Source of the DNA: an uncultured Gemmatimonadales bacterium | GTDB lineage: Bacteria > Gemmatimonadota > Gemmatimonadetes > Gemmatimonadales > GWC2-71-9 | NCBI GenBank assembly: GCA_965652025.1 | Contig: CBFGTM010000010.1 | Location: 3,097-67,096 of the forward strand | Length of the DNA: 64,000 bases | Reading direction: 5' to 3' | Shown: positions 29,016 through 38,478 of the stretch, piece by piece | Position numbering within the stretch: the first letter of the stretch is position 1 | Layout of the letters: each line of letters begins with the position of its first letter | Program-made: the position numbers and the translations under genes | The notes under the pieces: generated by a model | Seen by the model: only the letters and a program-made list of their open reading frames with translations | What the model was told of the DNA's origin: nothing | Databases searched by the model: none

Positions 29016-29311
29016 AAGCCGAGGAAGGTTCGGACTCTGGGATCCATCTTTTCCGGGGTCCAGTAAGGCTCCCATACCAGCTCCACATCCACCGAGCGGA
29101 CCCCCTCCATATCTCCGATCACCCGTTTGACGTCGCCGATGATCTCGGCTCCTGCGGGGCAGCCGGGAGAGGTCAGGGTCATCTCGACCCGGACATCGCC
29201 GGTGTCATCCACCTCGACGTCGTACACCAGACCGATGTCGATGATGTTGAGGTTGAGCTCGGGGTCTTTGACGGCCCGGAGAGCTTTGCGGATGGATTCG
29301 GAGGTGGGCAT
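29012..29311 (-). CDS. DUF59 / SufT-PaaD-like metal-sulfur cluster assembly factor
   Basis: VKDPEL.LNIIDIGLVY, MTLTSPGCP, VWEPYW. Confidence 0.9.
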   Translation of the reverse strand: MPTSESIRKALRAVKDPELNLNIIDIGLVYDVEVDDTGDVRVEMTLTSPGCPAGAEIIGDVKRVIGDMEGVRSVDVELVWEPYWTPEKMDPRVRTFLGF

Positions 29312-29403
29312 GGCGTCGGACCAGGAAACAGGGATCAAGGACCGGTACTGGAGACTGGCGACCGGCGACTAGCGACTACCTGAAAGATAACCGGCGATCC
29401 CGG

Positions 29404-30573
29404 TCAGCACCCCGCGACCAGCTGCTGCTGGCAGGCATGGGGAACCAAGCGAATGGCGGCATCAGACAGCTCGGTCCGAATGGCGCGTAAGCTGTGGGCC
29501 GAGTTTCGCACCTTGGAGTCGAAGGTCCGATTGGTGAGGAACACAAGGAACAGGTCTCGAGTAGGGTCAATCCAGATCTCGGTGCCGGTAAAGCCGGTAT
29601 GCCCGTAGGCGGCGTCACTGATGAGAGTGCCGTAGAGACTCGGCTCATCCTTGTTGAGCTCCGGCGTATCCCAGCCCAGGAGCCGAGGCCCGCTGTTGGA
29701 GGTTGGGGTCAGGAAGCGCTTGATCGTTGCCTGGCTGACCCACTGCCCGTTAGGTCCAGCCCCCGCCCGGAGCCAAACCTGAGCATACCGGGCCAGGTCC
29801 ATACCGGTCGAGAAGATGCCGGCGTGTCCGGCGGCCCCACCGAAGAGCGCGGCATTGGGGTCATTGACCTGGCCCTGCACCGGATGTCCCCGCCACAGAG
29901 CGGTCGGCACCGTCCGCCGGTGAATAGAAGGCGGCGGGCGATAGGTCGTCTGGTAGAGCTCCAGAGGCTCGAACACCTCTCGATGGACGAAGCGATCGAG
30001 CGGCATCCCGGCCACACTCTCCACCACCACGCCGAGAAGGATCGCGTTGAGATCACTGTACAGCGGCTCTTCTCCAGGCCGTCGGATGAGGCGTTCTGAG
30101 TAGAGCAGCTCGACCGCTCGATCCCGGGAGCGGGTCTGCTTAAAAAACGCTGCGTAGCTGCGAAGTCCGCTGGTGTGATCCAGGAGCATGCGGATGGTGA
30201 CTTGATCCTTGGGGCCGCCGGAGAAACGAGGCAGGTACCGCCGGACCGGCGCGTCCAGATCGATTCGGCCGGCATCCACCAGCCGCATCACCGCACTGGC
30301 GGTGCCAACGACCTTGGTGATCGAGGCGATGTCCCAATAGGTCGAATCCGGGGTGGGAACCGGGGAGCGGGGGCTCCAGGTGAAATGACCGTACCCCCGG
30401 GCATACAGAATCGAGTCCCTGCGTCCGATCACCACAACCGCACCGGGATAAATCCCCTGCCGAGTGCCGGCCTGGGCCAGCTGATCGATCTCGGCAAAGG
30501 ACTGGGCCGGATCGGGTGAGACTACCGACCCAAGAGCAAAGGCGAGGATCAGCGACAGCAGGTTCGAGCTCAT
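29404..30573 (-). CDS. Secreted serine hydrolase (beta-lactamase/AmpC-like family)
   Basis: Signal peptide; ASITK (SxxK), LLDHTSG, YSD, GHAG, GHTGFTG. Confidence 0.88.
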   Translation of the reverse strand: MSSNLLSLILAFALGSVVSPDPAQSFAEIDQLAQAGTRQGIYPGAVVVIGRRDSILYARGYGHFTWSPRSPVPTPDSTYWDIASITKVVGTASAVMRLVDAGRIDLDAPVRRYLPRFSGGPKDQVTIRMLLDHTSGLRSYAAFFKQTRSRDRAVELLYSERLIRRPGEEPLYSDLNAILLGVVVESVAGMPLDRFVHREVFEPLELYQTTYRPPPSIHRRTVPTALWRGHPVQGQVNDPNAALFGGAAGHAGIFSTGMDLARYAQVWLRAGAGPNGQWVSQATIKRFLTPTSNSGPRLLGWDTPELNKDEPSLYGTLISDAAYGHTGFTGTEIWIDPTRDLFLVFLTNRTFDSKVRNSAHSLRAIRTELSDAAIRLVPHACQQQLVAGC

Positions 30574-31379
30574 GGACGGTCCAGGTCCCGCACCGGGCCG
30601 GTGGGCAGCTGGTAGAGAACCTGGGCCGTCCGACGATCGCGGTCGGAGAGCGCTCCGGCCTGAGTGGCCGGGAACATCACGTCGGCAGAATCGGGCGAGT
30701 GCGGAAGACCCAGGGCGTGACCCACCTCGTGCACCGCCACGGTGAGGAGCGCGGCTTCCGGGAGCACCACCCCGGTGTTGGTCCGAAGGGCCAGAAGGAT
30801 GGCGGCCTTTCGTACTCGGCCGGCCTGATCCCAGGTCAGGTCGGTCTGACCCGCGCGATCGAAATCGAAATGGTCGAGCCAGCGGACCAGAATGTCCGCG
30901 GTGCCGGTGTCAGCGACTTGGGCGAAGCGAACACCGATACCGGCACCCTCCCACCGTTCCAAAGCCTGGCGCACATACCCCGCCATTCTGGGCTGGTACC
31001 CCGGTGCGCCCCCCTCAATGATTGCCACCCGAAGCGCCCCGCTCCGATCGGGCCAGCGACGGACCACTGAATCAGTGCTGATGATGAGCGAATCGAGATA
31101 GGTCAGCCCCGCCACGCTGTTGAGCCGCTGGCGGGCGGCAAGGCGAGCCAGGCGATCGATCGTAGGAGTGCCCGGTGCCACGGCGGGCTGACCAGCATTC
31201 GAGGCCGGCGGAGACGTCGATGGGCTCGCGTTCTCCAGCTCCACCGTGGCAGAGCGGGTGTCGCTGGGTCCCTGGACCACCCGATCGCCGGCCCGCGAAT
31301 CCAGGGCATGCGACAGCCGGTCTGCCAGAAGTATGGCAAACAGCCCGAGAGTGAGGAGCGGCAGCACTACCCGTTTCAT
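30570..31379 (-). CDS. Matrixin-like (M10) zinc metalloprotease
   Basis: HEVGHALGLPHS...VMFP (HExxHxxGxxH + Met-turn); N-terminal signal/TM. Confidence 0.85.
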   Translation of the reverse strand: MKRVVLPLLTLGLFAILLADRLSHALDSRAGDRVVQGPSDTRSATVELENASPSTSPPASNAGQPAVAPGTPTIDRLARLAARQRLNSVAGLTYLDSLIISTDSVVRRWPDRSGALRVAIIEGGAPGYQPRMAGYVRQALERWEGAGIGVRFAQVADTGTADILVRWLDHFDFDRAGQTDLTWDQAGRVRKAAILLALRTNTGVVLPEAALLTVAVHEVGHALGLPHSPDSADVMFPATQAGALSDRDRRTAQVLYQLPTGPVRDLDRP

Positions 31380-31423
31380 AGGGATCCGCACATGCCAGCC
31401 ATTGGTGCAAGTTCTGCGCGAGG

Positions 31424-34282
31424 CTAGTGTTTCGCTTCCAGCCAGTTCGGCCCGAACCCAATGTCCACGACCAGGGGAACCCGAAGGGCCACTACGTTCT
31501 CCATGTGTTCACGGACCAGCTGGGTCATGGCGTCGACCTCGCTGGGAGGCACCTCAAACACCAGCTCGTCGTGGACCTGGAGCAGCATGCGCCCGGCCAG
31601 ACCGCCCTCTCGGATGGCGCGATGAATCCGTACCATGGCAAGCTTGATGAGGTCGGCCGCAGACCCCTGCAAGGGCGAGTTCTGGGCGTTCCGTTCCCCA
31701 TAGGCACGCAGACTGAAGTTGCGTTCCTTGATCTCGGGTATATACCGGCGCCGCTTGAAGAGCGTCTCCACGTATCCCTGCTGCCGCGCCAGTTCAATCT
31801 GCCGATCGAGAAAGGCGCGGACCCCGGCAAACCGCTCGAAATAACGGGCAATGAACCCGCGGGCATCCTCCAGAGAGATGCCGAGCTGGCGGCTCAGGGC
31901 AAAGGCCCCCTGGCCATAAATCGTGGCGAAGTTGATGGTCTTGGCCCGGCCCCGCATCTCGGGCGTCACCTGCTCGGGGGGAAGATTAAAGATCAGCGCG
32001 GCAGTCTGCCGGTGGATGTCACCGCCCTGGTGGAAGGCCTCGATAAATGCAGGATCGCCCGACAGATGGGCCATGATTCGAAGCTCGATCTGGGAATAAT
32101 CCGCGACCAGAAAGACCCAGCCCTCCCGGGGGATAAAGCCGGCCCGAATCGCTTCGCCGCGAGTCGTCCGGATGGGAATGTTCTGCAGATTGGGATCGGC
32201 CGAGCTGAGCCGCCCGGTGGCGGCGCCCGCCTGATTGAAGCTGGTGTGGATCCGTCCGGTTCTGGGGTTGATCCGCTCGGGCAGAGTATCCACGTAGGTG
32301 TTCTTGAGCTTCTGCAGTTCCCGGTACTCCAGGATGAGACGGGGCAGCTCGTGACCCATGGCTGCCAGCTGCTCCAGCACGTCGGCGTCGGTGGAGGGGC
32401 CGGTCTTGGTCTTCTTGAGCACCGGAAGCTGGAGTTTCTCGAACAGGACGCTGGCCAGCTGACGGGGAGAATTCAGGTTCACCTCCATCCCGGCCACTCT
32501 GGTAATGTCCTGTTCCAGCCGGTGGAGATCACCGCCCAGCTCGTGGCTGAGCCGCTGGAACAGACCACGGTCAATCCTGATACCCTCCCATTCCATGTCC
32601 ACCAGAACCTGAAGCAGCGGGAGCTCGATATCCCGGAGCAACGGCTCCAGAGACATCTCCTGCAACATCGGGGCAAAGAACTGGTGCAGCGAAAGCACGG
32701 TAGCGCCCTCACTGCCGCAGTAGTTCGCCGCCAAGGGGACCGCCACCTCGGCGAACGGAATCTCGGATTTGCCTTTGCCGGCTAGCTCCTGATAGGTCTG
32801 GAGCGTGCGCCCGAGGTGCTCGAGACACAGAGTATCGAGAGTGTGGGACCGTCTACCCGGGTCGAGCACAAAGCTGGCCAGCATGGTATCGAAGCTGACG
32901 CCGGCCAGCTCGACGCCGGCGCTACGCAGCACTTGCCAGTCGTACTTGATGTCGTGCCCGGCCTTGGGAATGTCCGGGTCGGCCAGCAGGGTGGCTATCG
33001 GGCGCAACGCGACGTCGGTGAGAGGAGGAAGGTTGCGGACCGGCTCCATGGTCGCGAGCTCGCCGCCGGCCGGCTGGTGATCGAATGGGAGATACCAGAC
33101 CTCATCCGGCCCGGCGGCCAAGGACAGACCTACCAACCGCGCGTCCCGCGCCTCCAGTCCATTGGCTTCCACGTCGACTGCCACCACCGGGGCCTGGCGG
33201 AGGAGCTCGACCACCTCGGGCAAGTCGGCGGGATCGTCGACCACGGTCACCGTGGTAGCGGGCGTGGGGGAGAGCTCGGACAGGCTGAGCCACGAGTCGG
33301 CCGAAAAATCCAGCTCGGAATCGCCGTTGTCCGTAGCCGCGGCCGGCCGAGGTGGGGGTGGAAGCTCGGCCAGAGGGCCGGAGTCGCTCAGCCGTCGCAC
33401 CAGCGAGTAGAACTCCAGCTCAGTCAGGAGCCGGATGACGGCTTCCTTGTCCGCCTCTCGAGGCACCAGGTCGCGGATGTCGAGCTCAAGTGGAACGTCC
33501 CGCTTGATGGTGACCAACTCGCGAGAGAGGCGGGCGTTCTCTGCCTGGGCCAGTAGGGCCTCCCGAGGCCGCTTGGCTGTCACCTCGTTCGCCCGCGCCA
33601 GCATGGTCTCCAGGTCGCCGAACTCCGCCAGCAGCTTCTGGGCTCCTTTTTCGCCGATGCCTCTGACCCCGGGAATATTGTCCGAGGAGTCGCCTACCAG
33701 GGCCAGGAAATCCACTACCTGGCGGGGAGGGACTCCCAGGCGGTCCGCGGCATTGGACTCGTCGACCCACACTTCGTCCACCGCCGCCGGTCCACCCCGG
33801 CCGGGATTGAGCAGGGCAATGCCCGGCCCCACCAGCTGATAAAAATCCTTGTCGCCGGACACGATGACCGCCTGGAGCCCGCGCTCGGCCGCGGTCTGGG
33901 CCAGCGTGCCGATGACATCGTCGGCTTCGTAGCCGCGGATGGCGATCACTGGAATACCGAACGCCTCCAGCAGGTCACAAATCCGCTGGACCGACCGGTT
34001 GAAGTCGGCCTGGAGCTCCTGATCCAGCTTGTCCCGGGTGGATTTGTAGTCGGCGTAGCGCTCCTCCCGAAAGGAAGTGCCCGCGTCGTTGATCCAGGCC
34101 ACGTAGTCAGGCCGATACTTCTCCCGGAGCCGGAGCAGAAAGTTGACCACTCCCAGGGCCGCGGAGGTGTTCTCGCCCTTGGCGGTTCGCAGCGGCCGCG
34201 CGATCATGGCATAAAAGGCCCGATAGATCAGCGCATACCCATCGATCAGGAAGAGTTGTGGTGGATTGTGATTGGGGGGCAT
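31424..34282 (-). CDS. polA: DNA polymerase I
   Basis: LIDG..LIYRA, EADD, GDSSDNIPGV, TGRLSS.DPNLQNIP, DYSQIELR, AKTINF..IYG, QVHDEL. Confidence 0.98.
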   Translation of the reverse strand: MPPNHNPPQLFLIDGYALIYRAFYAMIARPLRTAKGENTSAALGVVNFLLRLREKYRPDYVAWINDAGTSFREERYADYKSTRDKLDQELQADFNRSVQRICDLLEAFGIPVIAIRGYEADDVIGTLAQTAAERGLQAVIVSGDKDFYQLVGPGIALLNPGRGGPAAVDEVWVDESNAADRLGVPPRQVVDFLALVGDSSDNIPGVRGIGEKGAQKLLAEFGDLETMLARANEVTAKRPREALLAQAENARLSRELVTIKRDVPLELDIRDLVPREADKEAVIRLLTELEFYSLVRRLSDSGPLAELPPPPRPAAATDNGDSELDFSADSWLSLSELSPTPATTVTVVDDPADLPEVVELLRQAPVVAVDVEANGLEARDARLVGLSLAAGPDEVWYLPFDHQPAGGELATMEPVRNLPPLTDVALRPIATLLADPDIPKAGHDIKYDWQVLRSAGVELAGVSFDTMLASFVLDPGRRSHTLDTLCLEHLGRTLQTYQELAGKGKSEIPFAEVAVPLAANYCGSEGATVLSLHQFFAPMLQEMSLEPLLRDIELPLLQVLVDMEWEGIRIDRGLFQRLSHELGGDLHRLEQDITRVAGMEVNLNSPRQLASVLFEKLQLPVLKKTKTGPSTDADVLEQLAAMGHELPRLILEYRELQKLKNTYVDTLPERINPRTGRIHTSFNQAGAATGRLSSADPNLQNIPIRTTRGEAIRAGFIPREGWVFLVADYSQIELRIMAHLSGDPAFIEAFHQGGDIHRQTAALIFNLPPEQVTPEMRGRAKTINFATIYGQGAFALSRQLGISLEDARGFIARYFERFAGVRAFLDRQIELARQQGYVETLFKRRRYIPEIKERNFSLRAYGERNAQNSPLQGSAADLIKLAMVRIHRAIREGGLAGRMLLQVHDELVFEVPPSEVDAMTQLVREHMENVVALRVPLVVDIGFGPNWLEAKH

Positions 34283-34301
34283 GGGGGGAAAGATAAGACG
34301 A

Positions 34302-35639
34302 TCAGTCCTGCCGCCTCAGCCGGTTCAGGGTGCGCTCGAATTCGGCCCGCGACCCCGGCGTCAGCCGCAGGCGGCCGAACCCGGTCTCATCCTGGAAGAA
34401 GAGGGCCAGCCGGTAGTTGAGATAGCTCCAGCGGACCACCCGGCCGGCCTGTCCGGGCGTGGTCTCGATGCTCTCGTCCGGTGGGCCCAAAGTGATGAAC
34501 ACCTCGCCCCGGTCGGTCCGCCAGCCCGGCACACCTTCATCGGTGAACCGGGAATTGGACGCGCTGATCCGCGCGAAATACTGATTGAGGGCCTCGTTTT
34601 CCGGCGTGATCCTGTTGGGATCGGTCTCGGTGTAGAACTCTCGCCAGAGCCGGGAGCGGTCGGCCGGGCGGGCCTTCCTCATGTCGTTGACTCGAGCATC
34701 CTGCCCGAAATACCGCAGCAGATCGAGCATCTCGTCGAAATTGGTGATGACCCAGGCCTGGGAGAACGACACCAGCGCGGACACGGTGCGCTGAGCCGGC
34801 CGGTAGCCAAGCACCAGCTTGAGCTCTCCCAGAGAAATGCTGTCGGGAGCGAGCCGGATCACCTGACTCTCGACCGCGCGTCCTCCCCGGAAGCGAAGCG
34901 AGTCGTCGTAGATGATCTCCTGCTGCTCGTCGAAAACCTGGAAGGGAACGGTGACCGGGCCCGCGAAATCGTAACCTTCGACGTACGCCAGCAGGGTGTC
35001 GGCTCCATAGCCCACCGCGCCCCGGGGATTCAGCACCACGGAAAGCGGCTCGCTACGGCTGGCGCGCCCGGTGGCCTGATACGCGAGAATGGGGGCGGAG
35101 GTCGAGCCTGGCACAAAGGAAGGTGCCGTGTATCTCCCCTGGGCCCGGCTTTCGGCAGTGGAGCTCGCGTCACGCACGGTGACGTTCACATTGTAGGTAC
35201 CTGAGGTGAGCCGGAGAATCTGCTGAAAGAGAATGCTTTCGTCGGCCCGCAGAGTTTCCTGGAAGGTAGGCACCCGCACAATCTCGTCACGACTCAGCTC
35301 GACCGGCCGGGAGCCCTCCTTCTGGAAGGCGATGCTGACTCGGTAGCGCGCCACAAAGGTGTTCCCGTCGCGCTGAAAGGCCAGCGCCCGGTTCTCCAGC
35401 GAAAGGCCCAGTATGCCGATGACCGAGTCGCCGGGCCCTGCCGCAAAAGCTACGGTGCCGACGAACGGCAGCGGCTCACCCGCGGCCAGCCGGCCGAGAC
35501 GCTGGTAGTAGCTGGGAAGGTTGACCAGCTGGCTGAGCTGATCCGCTGGCGCGGGCGCCTCCTGGCTGCCAACTCGCTTCCAGCTGCCGCAACCGAGTGC
35601 CGCGGCGCCGAGCAGCGCTACCAGTGCCAACCCACGCAT
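34302..35639 (-). CDS. GWxTD domain-containing lipoprotein
   Basis: Lipobox ALGC; TPENE..QYF.RI...N..F...GWRTDRGEVFITLGPPD. Confidence 0.85.
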   Translation of the reverse strand: MRGLALVALLGAAALGCGSWKRVGSQEAPAPADQLSQLVNLPSYYQRLGRLAAGEPLPFVGTVAFAAGPGDSVIGILGLSLENRALAFQRDGNTFVARYRVSIAFQKEGSRPVELSRDEIVRVPTFQETLRADESILFQQILRLTSGTYNVNVTVRDASSTAESRAQGRYTAPSFVPGSTSAPILAYQATGRASRSEPLSVVLNPRGAVGYGADTLLAYVEGYDFAGPVTVPFQVFDEQQEIIYDDSLRFRGGRAVESQVIRLAPDSISLGELKLVLGYRPAQRTVSALVSFSQAWVITNFDEMLDLLRYFGQDARVNDMRKARPADRSRLWREFYTETDPNRITPENEALNQYFARISASNSRFTDEGVPGWRTDRGEVFITLGPPDESIETTPGQAGRVVRWSYLNYRLALFFQDETGFGRLRLTPGSRAEFERTLNRLRRQD

Positions 35640-35778
35640 GATTCTCTCCTGGGAGAAACAGCCTGCACCACTCTTCGGCGGAAGGTTAGTGGCGGCGCGG
35701 GAGAGGCGTCAAGCAGGTGAGCCGCTCAACTGAGTGCAACTTGCTGCCTCCTGCGTAATTAACTAGCTTGGCCACTCG

Positions 35779-36678
35779 ATGAACGGCGACACGTTGACTG
35801 GTCGGACCATCGCTGGCTACCACCTTACCAAGTACGTCGGCGAGGGAGGCACCGCTACGGTCTACCGCGCCGAGCATCCGGAGCGGGGCGTTGCCGCGGT
35901 CAAGATTCTGCGATCCCGTCTGGCCCAGGATCCGGTTGCGGTCAAGCGGTTCTTGCGGGAAGCGGAGTACGGGGCCCGGGTCAGCCATCCCAACATCGTA
36001 CGCACCTACGACTATGGAGTGGCCGATGGGCTGCACTATCTGGCGCTGGAGTGGGCCGATGGCGAGCCGCTGGCGGAATTCGTCAATCGCTCAGGACATC
36101 TCGCGCCGGCCCTGGTCGCTCGTATCGTGGAACAAATCGGCGCCGCGCTGACCGCCGCCCACCGGGCCGGCATCATCCATCGAGACCTCAAGCCGGCCAA
36201 CATCATGTATGATCCAGCCCAGCAGACCGCCAAGCTGCTGGACTTCGGGATTGCCCGGGACGCCGAGCTGAGCCCGGAAGAGCGGCTGACCCGAGCCGGA
36301 TTCTTTGTCGGCACGCTCCAATACGTCGCCCCCGAGACTCTGAGCGGCGAGTTAGTAAAGGAGCAGGCGGATGTCTACAGCCTGGCGACGATCACGTACT
36401 ACCTCCTGACCGGCTGCCTCCCATTTACCGGCAAGAGTCCTCGCGAGCTCTTTCAGCAGCTGCTCACCAAGGATCCGGTTCCGTTGAATGAAGCGCGCCG
36501 CGGGCTGCGTTTTCCCCATGCGGTCGAAGCCACAGTCATGCACGGACTGCAGCGAGACCTGAGCAAGCGGTGCCGAACAGTCGAGGAGTTCGCCACTGCT
36601 TTTTGCCACGCGGTACGAGAGGAGGCGCCGAAACGCACCGGTTTCCTGACCGGGCTGTTTCGCAGGGGCAGCGAATGA
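35779..36678 (+). CDS. Soluble Hanks-type Ser/Thr protein kinase
   Basis: GEGGTATVY, AVK, HRDLKPAN, DFG, GTLQYVAPE, DVYSL; no TM segment. Confidence 0.93.
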   Translation: MNGDTLTGRTIAGYHLTKYVGEGGTATVYRAEHPERGVAAVKILRSRLAQDPVAVKRFLREAEYGARVSHPNIVRTYDYGVADGLHYLALEWADGEPLAEFVNRSGHLAPALVARIVEQIGAALTAAHRAGIIHRDLKPANIMYDPAQQTAKLLDFGIARDAELSPEERLTRAGFFVGTLQYVAPETLSGELVKEQADVYSLATITYYLLTGCLPFTGKSPRELFQQLLTKDPVPLNEARRGLRFPHAVEATVMHGLQRDLSKRCRTVEEFATAFCHAVREEAPKRTGFLTGLFRRGSE

Positions 36679-37229
36679 CCGACCGCGAGTCGCTCCGGCG
36701 GCTTTTGCTGGGGCGCTCGGTACAGCGGGGTGATTTCGTGCTGGCCTCGGGCCGGCAATCCTCCTATTACATCGACTGCCGGCGGACGACGATGTCCGGC
36801 GAGGGCATGGTACTGATCGGCCGAATGGGGCTCGCGGCCATTCAGGATGTAGAGTGGCGGCCCGCAGCGGTCGGCGGTCTGACCATGGGGGCCGACCCGG
36901 TGGCCTATGCCATTGCAGCGGCAAGCTACGGAGGAGGGCGCAGGATCGACGCGTTCAGCGTGCGAAAACGGGAAAAGCAGCATGGCACCGGCCGGCTGAT
37001 CGAGGGGAACTTTCAATCGGGCGACGCGGTGGTGGTGGTAGAGGACGTGATTACCACCGGGGGCTCGGCTTCGCAGGCCGTCGCCGCGGTGCGGCAGGCA
37101 GGTGGCCGGGTGCTCGGAGTCCTGGCGGTGGTCGACCGCGAGGAAGGCGGGAAGCGAGCTTTGGAGGCACAGGGTCACCGAGTCATCGCGCTCACCACGG
37201 CGGGCGAGCTGGGACTGGGAGAGGCGTGA
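36675..37229 (+). CDS. pyrE: Orotate phosphoribosyltransferase
   Basis: GDFVLASG.QS.YYIDCR, RKREKQHG, VVVEDVITTGGS; ATGA overlap. Confidence 0.94.
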   Translation: MTDRESLRRLLLGRSVQRGDFVLASGRQSSYYIDCRRTTMSGEGMVLIGRMGLAAIQDVEWRPAAVGGLTMGADPVAYAIAAASYGGGRRIDAFSVRKREKQHGTGRLIEGNFQSGDAVVVVEDVITTGGSASQAVAAVRQAGGRVLGVLAVVDREEGGKRALEAQGHRVIALTTAGELGLGEA

Positions 37230-37636
37230 GCCGGCGGAGGACAGGCCAGATTGCCGCCGGCCTGGTTGCGCTCATCTCGTTTGGATGGGCGGTGTGGGCG
37301 TCGCATGCGTCAGCCATGCCGGAGTTTCGGATCTATGACGGGTATTGGATGATATTCGGCGCGACGCTGGCGACTCTTCTCGCGGCGCCCCTGGTGTGGC
37401 GCTGGCCCCGGGAACTGTCGCTGGTTGCCATTGCGGCTACGGCTGCGATCGGGTGCGTGGCTCCGCTGGTCGTGTCGGCACTGAGGAAGGACATGCCGGT
37501 GATGGTGCGGCTGCGCGGCTCGTGGATTCTGGGGGGCGCCGACCTGGTGGGGCCGCCGCTGGTGATTGGTTTCGTCGCCCTCTGGTTCGCCATCCGCAAG
37601 TACGAGCAGAGGGGGGCGCACAACCGGGGTCCGTAG
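37226..37636 (+). CDS. Hypothetical membrane protein (~4 TM)
   Basis: GTGA overlap with pyrE; several hydrophobic segments. Confidence 0.6.
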   Translation: MSRRRTGQIAAGLVALISFGWAVWASHASAMPEFRIYDGYWMIFGATLATLLAAPLVWRWPRELSLVAIAATAAIGCVAPLVVSALRKDMPVMVRLRGSWILGGADLVGPPLVIGFVALWFAIRKYEQRGAHNRGP

Positions 37637-37639
37637 CCA

Positions 37640-38119
37640 ATGCCGAGTACTGCGTTAACCACCTATCTCAACGATCATCTCGCCGGCTCCGTCGCAGCCC
37701 TCGAGCTCCTGGGGCATCTGCTCGAGCGAGACCCGGGCAGCGGCCGAGACGAGCTGGCTCGGATCCGGGCCGAAGTCGAGGAAGATCAGCAGCTCCTGCA
37801 GCGAATCCTCGGCGACATGGGAGGGAAGGAGAGCCCCATTCGCAAGGCAGCCGCCTGGCTCACGGAGAAGCTGGGCCAGGTCAAGCTGGGCCTGGATGAC
37901 AAAGGATCGGGGGAGCTGCGGGTGCTCGAAGCCCTGGAAGCGCTTGGACTGGGCATCCAGGGCAAGCTCCTGCTCTGGCGGTCGCTCGAGGCCGTGAGGG
38001 GATCGGTTCCCTCGCTCGGCGGGATCGATCTTCAGCAGCTGCAGCAACGGGCCGAGCAGCAGTTCCGGCGGGTGGAAGAGCTTCGCCTGCGGGCCGCGCG
38101 GGTGGCCCTCCGGCCCTGA
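37640..38119 (+). CDS. Hypothetical all-helical (ferritin-like?) protein
   Basis: YLNDHLAGS...LEAL.LGIQGK..LW pattern; coding-like composition. Confidence 0.7.
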   Translation: MPSTALTTYLNDHLAGSVAALELLGHLLERDPGSGRDELARIRAEVEEDQQLLQRILGDMGGKESPIRKAAAWLTEKLGQVKLGLDDKGSGELRVLEALEALGLGIQGKLLLWRSLEAVRGSVPSLGGIDLQQLQQRAEQQFRRVEELRLRAARVALRP

Positions 38120-38150
38120 GTCACACCAGGCCATGACATAAGGAGTGATA

Positions 38151-38375
38151 ATGGACGAAGAGGCCTTCAATCTGGACATCCGGAAATTCTTGAAGCGGTT
38201 CGGCGTTACGGCCCAGCGGGAAATCGAGAAGGCGGTGGACGAGGGGCTGAAGCGCGGCGCTCTCCGGGGTCACGAGGTCCTGCAGGTACGAGCGACGCTC
38301 ACCATCCCCGGTGTCTTGCCGGAGCTCAAGGTGGATGGGGAAATCGGACTATCCCGCCGAGCGGGCGGCGATTGA
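38151..38375 (+). CDS. Small conserved protein (DUF6494-like)
   Basis: MDEEAFNLDIRKFLK.FGVTAQREIE; AAGGAG SD upstream. Confidence 0.7.
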   Translation: MDEEAFNLDIRKFLKRFGVTAQREIEKAVDEGLKRGALRGHEVLQVRATLTIPGVLPELKVDGEIGLSRRAGGD

Positions 38376-38478
38376 ACCCGTGACACCGCTGCAAGTTCTT
38401 GCATGGCATTGACGTAGCCCATCTCCGAGCCCGATCTTCCCCGGGCCCCCTTTACCTCTCACAATTTGGGAGTTCGTC

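Noticed and set aside
35730-35752. Possible sigma54 promoter upstream of the GWxTD gene (also near 31405)
   Set aside because: GG-to-GC spacing is 9 rather than 10 at the first site, and the -24 element is poor at the second
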